Source: Octopus vulgaris (taxonomy: Eukaryota). Taken from it: DNA of 64,000 bases. The translations under genes and the position numbers were made by a program. Location: positions 40,796,001-40,860,000 of the forward strand of contig OX597814.1 in NCBI GenBank assembly GCA_951406725.2, in the 5' to 3' direction. Shown here in pieces: positions 54,170 to 64,000 of this stretch. The notes under the pieces are model-generated. The model was not told the DNA's origin. It ran no database searches and saw only the letters and a list, made by a program, of their open reading frames with translations. Every line of letters begins with the position of its first letter. Position 1 is the first letter of the stretch.

Positions 54170-55345
54170 TAGTGTTTGATAGAACAAATCGGACCTTCGT
54201 CTTCAACACCTCAAAACAACGCTTACTGAAAAACAATATCCAGCCTCACTTATAGATGAGAGAATTAGTCGTGCCAAAAATTAGACATCTAAACACCAAG
54301 AACAACAAAACGTAACACAAGACCTTATCTGAAATCACTTCTATTTATATCAATGCACAACCCCAGAAAAAGTGAGGCATTCAACACTATTGTGCAAAAG
54401 CTTCCTTTACTAACTATAAATCCAAAATGAACGACATCCTGAAAACGCAGAATGCGAAAAGTAATATAAATCGCTAAAGAGACTACAAATAAATGTGAAA
54501 CCTTACAAAAAAACCACGAAACCAACAGTTAAAAAATATGGACGCCCGAAATATGGAACCTTCCCCAATTTACTTGAATGATGGTCTTCCTTTTCAAACA
54601 AGGACAGAGATTGACAATTAAAACTGGATTCACTTGTGCCTCTGAGAAACTGGTTTATGCAATAATCTGCTCGGGTTGCGGACACAACTCTATTGGACAA
54701 ACGAGGATGACCTTAAGAAGGAAAACCACTCTACATAAAGAACAAATCCTTTTCCCGCAATACAGGCCAATTCCTCTCAATGAACATATAGAAAAATATG
54801 GAGATTACATTCAGCCAAATTTCAGAGTCTTCCCCTTCTACCACTGGAAAGACACTATCTCTCCACAAGAATGTTTAAATAAAGAAACTTTTTGCATTGA
54901 AAAATACATAACACATCTTAATATGCACGCATAACCAACTTTTATCTTTTTACATAATTCAATTCACGATTACAACATTATACATATATCCCCACACTAA
55001 ACAAGTTTTTGAAACCATTTTTTTGTATGTGTGTACATGTATATTCCCCTCCCCTTACCGAAAGCTGAGCAGTTATCTCTCTTGTTCACAACAACAACAA
55101 TAATAACGATAACCAATTACCTCCCCTTATTTTTCTACTTGTGAAGTCATTCACTCGTATATATCATCCAACACAACATGGACAAAAATTGCAAATAGTT
55201 AAACCATAAGATCTTGAATAGCGAAAGCGAAACCGTTTGATATATTAAAAATTATATTAAACTATGTAAAGTGTGAGTATTTTTCTTTTTTAATTTCTTT
55301 TATATATTACAACTCACAATGTGGGGATAATTGAAATTCCTCCTT
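54170..55345 (+). mobile_element. PLE 3' portion (thumb remnant, Cys linker, GIY-YIG, 3' terminal repeat)
   Basis: LQHLKTTLTEKQYP; ORF 54578-54934 FTCASEKLVYAIICSGCGHNSIGQT..LRRK..H..I; degenerate hammerhead-like motif at 55211-55241. Confidence 0.85.
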
Positions 55346-55357
55346 TTCTCATACTAC

Positions 55358-55409
<52 letters not shown>

Positions 55410-56056
55410 GTATTATATATGTATGTATGCCAGCTAAATGTGGCGGCCCTTTAGATGACGATGTTAGTGTTCCTTTTAGACCCAAGAATGTATCACCACC
55501 ACCTGGCCAAGAACACAGTCTGTGTCCGATTGATATTAGCGAAGGAGATCATCGTTCACTTCTCTAAACTTTTGTGATACCAGAGGCCCGGGTTTGTGGT
55601 AGTTAAACGTCTTCAGCGTGTGTGAACCACTGGCTAATGATGAAGAACACATTCCACTCGCAAAATACTATATGCTTTTTCCAGTAACACACTAACACTG
55701 ATCTTCTAAAGAGAGACATAACATATAGTAAATCTCTGAGTGAGAAATAAACAGTAGCAATACGGAATCATGAAATATATTTGCCAACTAAATCTAGCGA
55801 TGACCTCCTTCTCAAATACTAATCGAACACAGACTGAAGGATGCCTTCGTCACGCTAAAATCAACTGTAACATCTTCCCTTATAGGTCAGCCAGAATTAT
55901 TTGGCAAATATGTTTAATGATTCTGTACCGTTACTGTTTATCTCTCGGTCAGAGATTTAATATAAAGCATATATCTTATTACTTATATTTATATATATAT
56001 ATCCCCCCACACACACCTACACCCCACACACACATACATATATATACTAAAAAAAA

Positions 56057-56199
56057 TTAAATAGTGCAATGCAGTAGTATTACTTCCCAGTAAAGCAGAG
56101 TAAATATTGGTGCATTTTTGTACCACTTTCTTATTGATACTTTACCGTGATGATGCTTTGTTTTACTGGGAAGGAATACTATGGTATTGCACTATTTAA
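56057..56199. repeat. Inverted repeat with 44-bp arms
   Basis: TTAAATAGTGCAATGCAGTAGTATTACTTCCCAGTAAAGCAGAG versus the reverse complement of 56156-56199, TTAAATAGTGCAATACCATAGTATTCCTTCCCAGTAAAACAAAG. Confidence 0.9.
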
Positions 56200-56308
56200 T
56201 AATTTTCTCTTCGAAAACCATATCACGGTTTTCGATCTGTTAACGGTTAGGCGTTAATGGTATATACTGTTATTGTATGTAGCGACATTTGAGATGTTAT
56301 CCAGGTAA

Positions 56309-56382
56309 ATCTACCTGATGAAAACTAACCAAATTTACGTCAACAAACTTATATCGGAAAGTTCGAAACCTAGGTCCTATAT
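56309..56382 (+). ncRNA. Type-I hammerhead-like motif with an intact catalytic core
   Basis: CTGATGA-AAACT(long loop)AGTTC-GAAA-CCTAGG-TC; stem I (ATCTAC/CTATAT) has two mismatches. Confidence 0.55.
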
Positions 56383-56567
56383 TATCCACATCTGGTTTGT
56401 ACATTTCTTTAATGTTCTTCCTACACATAAAATGAAATTTTCTATGCTCGCTGCTCGATAACTTTTATTATAGCGTCGTATATTATCGACTGCTGCTATT
56501 TCCAGTAAATATCTGTGCATTGTTGTTCCACAATCTTATATGTATGTATACACACACACAAACACAC

Positions 56568-57142
<575 letters not shown>

Positions 57143-58329
57143 CATATATATATATATCAAACGGATGTGCTATAATAATATTTCACAGCCATAACAAACA
57201 ATCCAAAATTTCTCCATCATCAGCTGCCCCAGGGATATCATTATCGTTTCGACACCTGGGCAGTACCATTCAATCTGGAGGTGTCAACAGCACTAAATTA
57301 CGTGTTGTTTGGGAGAAACCAAACCAAAGAGACCACAACTTTCAAATACTTTTATGCTGCGACCACTCCTAAATAGTAACTAAACAGCAACAATTCTATT
57401 AGGCCATACAAAATTATAATCCCTACTGTCTTCCGTAGGGTAATATAAAACTAAAAGATTAATAACCACATTATTTCAATCATTGAATATATAGGCTGGA
57501 TTAAATACAATAACAAATCTATAAGAGTCTTATAAAGCAATTTACATTGTATTGGTATTAAAAGTAAACTGCAATAACTAAACTATATCCTAAACTAGGA
57601 TCAATCTTTAAAATAACAATCCCACCGGTCTTTCATAAATAAGGAAAGTTCAAGCCTACATTATTTTTCCAAAGACAAAACTCGATTGAAATTGACTAAT
57701 ATTTTTATGAGTGAAATACATTTCATCACTTGAAAGTTAATAAAACACTACACGTACACTTCAATTTCATTAAATAAGAAATAGAACTTCTATTAAACCA
57801 TTATTATAAACCATGGTATGTTTAAAGATAAATTGAATTGTTACACACGCACAGACACACACACAGATATGTACGTATGTGCGTATATATATATATATAT
57901 AATTATTTTTAATATTTTACGTTAGACATTTCAATATTTTTATTTCGTTCTTAATATAACCAGAGCCCTAAGAGACTCTATAGATATATGATACTCTATC
58001 GGCTTAAGTAGAGACATCTAATAAAAAATGTTTTCTGTTTAAGGGCTGAATAACTAGGAATTATTTTTTCAATATATATTGTTTTGGGATTGTTCTGTTA
58101 TTGACTCATGTACCCTCTGGATGGTTTTACTTGATGAACTAATATGGTAATTGAAAATAAAGTACATTTATGTGTTAGATAAAGATACTGAGTAGATCAT
58201 TTATTTTATTTTTTGGTGCACTATGTGTGAAATTTATTCATTTCTGTATTCAGAAATCCTTTTCTTCCACATGTTATAATTTTCTATCCATTCAGAAACA
58301 AAATGTGTATATATTTACGTGAATACATA

Positions 58330-60110
58330 TCTGGAGGCAAATCAAAAAGAACAGTAGATTACCAAGATTCTTTCACCTCATTAAAAACATGAGGATAGCA
58401 ACACGATCCAGATTAGAGCCATTGTCTCCAGCGTAAAAAGGGCCTCTATATACAATATCGTGGATACTTTCTCACATTTTGAAACCCAGACTCTCCACCT
58501 TTCGTAGACACGTCAAGAACTCCAGGAAGTCATCAAAAGATTGCGCCAACTGCCCCCACACCCACTCAGGCAAAACAGATATGCCTTTAATATTGAAGCT
58601 GTCTCAATGTACACAACAGCTGCAGCACACTCGGTTGTAAGCCTATTGATTGACTGCATAGTAGCGTCCAACATCCACTGCTTCGGACTCGCCGACGCTG
58701 ATATATATTAACTATTGTCCATCATCATGAAAACGCTTAATCTCTTTCCATGATCACATGTACAAACAGAGAAAAGATCTCCCCCATGGGATCCAGTCTT
58801 TCGTGTGTACTAGCCATCACCTATATGAACTATCTGGAACATCGGGCACTCAACATCTGCCGCTCATGCACCTTCTTCACCATGTATGTAGATGGCATCC
58901 TCATACTCACACCTTCCCGTGAAGAGGCAGACAGAATATTCACGACGATCAACAGCATGCACATGATCATACGTTTCACTATAGATCATCCCAACACATT
59001 GGGTACCTATCGTTACTCGACATACATCTAAAAATAACGGAGAAAAGGGGGATCAACGCCGAGGTCTACAGGAAAGGGGCCAGTAGATATATGTTTGTAC
59101 AGTAGAGTTCAGCCCTTCCACCCGGTACCAAAATAAGATCCATGCCACACGCTACCAGAGATATTGAAAAGCAATTGTAAATCGCTTGAAGTACCCAAGA
59201 TGACAAACACGCCGAACACGCAGGAAACTCAGTAACACATGATTTGTTAAAATGCTCCATTTTAGCGAGAGGATACCTAGAGCCATTTGAAAAGCCAAAA
59301 GAAGGAACGGATTAGGCATGCAACTAGCACACCCCGATCCCTCTCTGAGAAGACCTTTCAAAGAAACGAGCATGGGACAGCAATCAATGCACACTAGCTA
59401 ACTGCTCCATCCGTGACAAAGATTCATGACCAACGGGTAAATGTTGTGTAGAGAATATAATGTAAGAAACGCAACGAGTTCTATGTGGGTAGCACAACAA
59501 GACCGTTACACATTCGCATCAAAAACATCTGATCACGAGAGCCTCCTCCTTCAGAAAACACCTAGACAGATACCGGAACACCGATAAAAGCATACCGGTC
59601 ACAATTGAGGCCAATAAAAGAAAATTGGGTAGTCTAAGAATTAAGAAATCTATCCTCATTGACATACTAGGGCCCCAAATTAACAATAGGCTACTGGTGG
59701 CAATCAGTATATTATTTAGCTACATCTGGATGTGTGTAGGTTCATTTTTGATAGCATGACCATGTAATATATATATGTATAAGGAAAACATGTAACTACA
59801 CGTATGATCCATAAACTAGAATCAGCGCTGCGGATGTGCCCAAACCCCCGAGCTGGAGACATTGCCGCCCTCACGTACTTCTCATGCGGAATTCCGGAAG
59901 GAAATGCATGAGACCTCTGCAGAGACGCTTCCAGGAAGAAAAAATGAGCAACCGTAGGAAAACCGATTATAGCAGTCACTCGATCAACTTCTAACGATAT
60001 ATGAAGAAGGAATCTATGTATTCTGAAATATCAGTATATCAGACTATGGATAATTAAATTATAACAGTTATTATAGTCCACTCTGCATTGTTGTATCATT
60101 CAAGATACGT
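58330..60110 (+). mobile_element. Degraded Penelope-like element (RT, GIY-YIG, 3' repeat)
   Basis: PIRAIVSS, SMYT, PMGSSLSCVLAITYMNYLE, YVDG, IRFTID, VYRK and NVV..C..EFYVGSTTRPLHIRI; hammerhead-like motif at 59996-60040. Confidence 0.88.
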
Positions 60111-60192
60111 TATATTTTGTTTGAATATGTTTTGATAGAAGTATATAACCAGAAGCGACATAATCATAAATCTTGTATTTCCATTTATAATA

Positions 60193-61445
60193 TTAGGTTG
60201 TTCTTGCGTTTTTTAACCTTTAAGTTCAGATGCACATATCTCGGCTCAAACAAAACTTTCTTAATCGAAATAAACACCCTCATAATCAAAACACTTTGCC
60301 ATCGCAAACCAAGTTTATTTATGATAGTAGCAGAAAAATCCTGCGTCCTGGTGATGATGAAGTCGTTGAAGGCGCGTTTGGTATCGTCTTCGTGTTTGAA
60401 GTATTTCTCACGCAGGAAGTTGTAGAGATGCTTAAAAAAGTGGTAGTTGGAAGGCGAGAGGTCTGGTGAGTATGGCGGATGAAGTAGTTTCGTAGCCCAA
60501 TTTCTTCAAATTCCGTGGGGTCAGTTGTGCGATGTGCGGCCGAGAGTTGTCGTAGAGAAGAATTGGTCCTTTTTCTATTGACCAATGCTGGCTCTTGTTG
60601 CCGGAGTTTCTTATGCATTTCATCCATTTGCTGACTTCACCGTCGTAATGATTTCGCCCGGAACCAAAAAGCTGTGATGGATGAGACCGGCCGCAGATCA
60701 ACAAACAGTCACCATGACCTTCTTTTAGTGCAACTCTGGCTTCGAGAAGTGCTGTGGAGATTCATCTGCGTCCAACCACTGAACTGAGCGTCGCCGGTTG
60801 TCGTAAAGAATCCACTTTTCATCGCAAGTCACAATCCGATCGAGAAACGGGTCGTTCTTTTTGTGTAGAAGTAGGGAAGACGACACTTAAAAACGGCGTT
60901 TTCGGGGTTGTCGTTCCATGCGTGCGGCACCGATTTCTCAAGTATTTTTGTTTTTGCAATCTCTTTCAAGAGGTTGGAAATTGTCGTAACCTTACTTCTA
61001 ATTCAGAAGCAAGCTCTCGAAGAGTTGTGCGTGGATTGGTTTCGGCTAAGGCTCTTAGTTGTCAACATCCGATGGCGGATGCTTATTATCTTCAATACTC
61101 TCGTCACCGCTACGGAATTTCTTGAGCCACCATTGTGCTGTACGTTCAGTAGTGGTTCCTGGGCTAAATGCATCATTGATATCGCGAGCTTTGTAAGCAG
61201 ATTTTCGGCATAGGTTGTACTGGAATAATACAATTGTGCGAATTTCGTTTTTGTCCATGTTGTATTCAACGTTCCGAAAATATGCTCTGATTATTCAAAA
61301 AGACAAGGAGTAACACGTTTTGATAGAGCTAAAACCAGGCTTTAAAATAATATATAAAATCAAATTATTTAACAACAATACATTTGAAAATATATCATTT
61401 AAAATCACAATTTGAAAATCTGCAAGACCTTTCCTGACAATCTAA
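60193..61445 (-). mobile_element. Near-full-length mariner transposon with a frameshifted transposase (about 61258 to 60235)
   Basis: MDKNEIRT..ERTAQWWLKKFRSGD, TCDEKWILYDN, LLYDNSRPH and YSPDLSPSNYHFF; degenerate TIRs TTAGGTTGT..TCTTGC and TTAGATTGT..TCTTGC; TA at 60191-60192. Confidence 0.93.
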
Positions 61446-62879
61446 CAAATTTGCTGTTATCTGTACATAATTTCGAAGATAAAATCTTAAGAATATTTCC
61501 GATATATGGATTTAACTACGACTGCTTTTCATATGCTGTTTGAAAATGCATGATTGCGTACATATCTGTTTCTTTTTTGGTACTATATGTTTACACTCAG
61601 TACATAGAATAATGGTTTATTAAGAAATAAGGAAATAGTATATAAAATTCTGCTTTAAAATCTGCTTAAAATTCTGCTCTTAGTTTATCTACTTCGTTGA
61701 TCATTTAGGTGTAGATATTTTAAATTTTATTGCTATAAATGGTTGAATATAACATCATTGCGATGCTAAGTAAAGCTTCAGATTTTTCCAGTGTTGCGAC
61801 TGAATCTGTAACATCCTTTAAAATAAGATATCATTTGTAATGGCACACTTACAAATAAAAAAAAAAGATAAAATACGAATAAAAAATTCTGCATGCCTCA
61901 CGTTTTACTTCTCTGAGTTCGCAATCCCATTTCTGTTCACTGACATATGTACTGGTATTCTGTACATAAGCGTCTTTATCACAGGATTGTAAATGTTCAT
62001 GTTTCCATTTCAAGTTTTACGAACATTTATTCCTATTCTTCAGGTGTACACATAATGATATAACGAAAACTTTCAAAAAATTATAAGTATTATTTCTAAA
62101 TATCTCAGCGTTAACATAAGATTGATTGCGAATTCAGAATAAATGGTGTATTTCTAGTTTTAATTTAGTTATACATATTTAATCTAAACCCCCAAAATAA
62201 TATATATAGCAGGAAATAGTTTATCAAATAAATGCTAGAGGCATCGAGCAGGCATCCCTGATCCCTGAGGGGAAATCATATTGTAATTAACTTCCAGCAT
62301 CTGAAAGGTTAACTTCTATAGCGGTTTAATCAAAGAAATAGGAAATAGAAAGTAAGTATTTCAATCAAAGAAATTGTTTAGCTATTTATGAAAGGAAACG
62401 TAAATTAGATATGAATAATATCAAAAATGAACATAAGTATTTGGAATCTCCTGGTAGGAATAATCTGCATAGGTGAACCTCTATGATGTTAATACTATAA
62501 AACAAATTAAATTTTACTAATAAAATCTTGTAATATATATTGTTAATTTTTCATTTAAACTATTATCTTAACATTATGATTTGAACATTATTTTAATTTC
62601 ATATATTTACTTACATTTTTCATCGTGAAGCTGGGGGCAGGTACTTCCTGTAACCCGTTATATCCCAGTCATAATTTAGTGGATATTTCTTCAATTTGTT
62701 TTATAATACTTGCATCTATTGAGGGATATTGTGTTTGCTTTTACTTTTTTGCTAACTGCTAAGCTCTAACGAGATGTGAAAACTAGAAACTATGTTGGTT
62801 TTCAAGAGAAAATTCGTTCTCGACTGCTTAGTCTACTGCTCCCATCTTTGATCACCACACGGAAATCAAAGCAATCCCG

Positions 62880-63200
62880 TGAAGCTACGCAAAGAATATC
62901 GTCTTAATGCGACAGGTAAGCAACTGGGAAAGGTTGAAACATTTAAGACTCTTCTCCTTAGAACGATGACTAGATATATGTGCAGTATCTACATATGGAA
63001 AACCCAAGTTTGGCACTAAAACATTCACTAAAAGTAGCATATTGACAAAGATAAAAATGTTACCGTCAAGACAGAGCCCCAGGTACTGCAACACTGCAAT
63101 TATAGCATTACAAGAGATTATCATTACAAGAGAACAGCATTACAAGAGTTTTGACTTTTGCATTTTAATCCTTGCGAATAGAATACAGTGGCAATCTATA
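62880..63200 (+). mobile_element. CR1-group LINE 3' fragment
   Basis: WERLKHLRLFSLER and IYIWK, similar to 4290-4420. Confidence 0.55.
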
Positions 63201-63519
63201 GATTTCTTTGCCTGATATTTTCCCGTATTCGTTCCTATTTAATTGTATCTTTACTTTGCTGCGTACTTTCATTTCCGTCCTGTATATATATGGATAAATC
63301 TAATGATAGCTATTCATATATACAGTAACTATACATTCATATATACAGTAATTACATAAAGTAACTTTACAGTTAGGTTGAAAACAATACCATGATAGGG
63401 TTGCTGAGGCATATGTAAGAAGCCAAAAGAAATCAGCTCGCCGTGGTAATTCCGAAATTGGTATCAAATGAAAATTACTATATAACGTACTTACAAGACT
63501 CAAATTGAAACCTTGTATT

Positions 63520-63907
63520 ACTCACATAACTCACGAACTTCTGGAGAATGATCCTAATCGCAGATCTCAATTTTACAAACAGTTTGTAATCCAAGGAAAC
63601 CAATATTATTAGTCAGAGGAAGCCAAGAAGTATTGAAGACCTTCAACTGTTCCTTAATGATGCATTTGCTAATCGTGATCCAGACTTGCTTACCAAAATG
63701 TGTCACAGTATGTTTTCACGTTGTCGAGAATGCATTGAAGCTAACAGCTTACAGTTTTAACATTTATCATAAATATAGTGAATGAATTTGCTTGCCTATA
63801 TTGTTACGATATTTTCTGAAGCAATACATCAATGTTGTGAAAATCGTTTCAGTCTAACCATATTTCTTTAACACAAATAACTGTATAGTAACTTTAAGGA
63901 CACCCTG
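63520..63907 (+). mobile_element. Tc1/Tc3-like remnant, right end
   Basis: RCRECIEANSLQF*HL C-terminal pattern and terminus GGACACCCTG followed by TA. Confidence 0.65.
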
Positions 63908-64000
63908 TATATCCATAAATATATACAATATATAAATATTGATATTGAAATGTTCATGAATACAACTACATACATATTCATATATGTATTCGTATATATC

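Noticed and set aside
57440-58200. Possible large inverted repeat around the 57845-57900 microsatellite
   Set aside because: The short complementary words are in the wrong order for a true inversion.
60235-61258. SETMAR-like domesticated transposase gene
   Set aside because: Frameshifts, residual TIRs and no SET domain indicate an ordinary dead mariner.

Overview
AT-rich eukaryotic, repeat-dominated window with no confidently identifiable host protein-coding gene, rRNA, true tRNA or CRISPR array. The dense (TA)n/(CA)n/(TAA)n/(GAA)n microsatellites, the tRNA-derived SINE families and the TAA-targeting R4/Dong LINEs suggest an animal genome, probably a cephalopod such as Octopus (inference, not verified). 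Contents: (1) a 7.6-kb head-to-tail train of R4/Dong-type restriction-like-endonuclease retrotransposon fragments from at least three families, mostly separated by (TAA)n (9.5-17.0 kb); (2) degraded CR1-group and L1/Tx1-group LINEs; (3) several Penelope-like element (PLE) remnants with GIY-YIG domains and inverted or tandem terminal structures; (4) mariner and Tc1 remnants, Helitron-like pieces and at least four SINE families. The least obvious signal is a set of self-cleaving-ribozyme-like folds that no ORF explains: an HDV-like double pseudoknot at the 5' end of a non-coding, RTE-like element (33446-33521, minus strand), several minimal type-I hammerhead-like motifs (best at 31886-31937 and 56309-56382), and a 464-bp hammerhead-bearing tandem-plus-inverted repeat next to a PLE that resembles a retrozyme or pLTR multimer. 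Most short ORFs in the track are microsatellite artefacts. All folds and alignments were done by eye, and boundaries of degraded elements are approximate.
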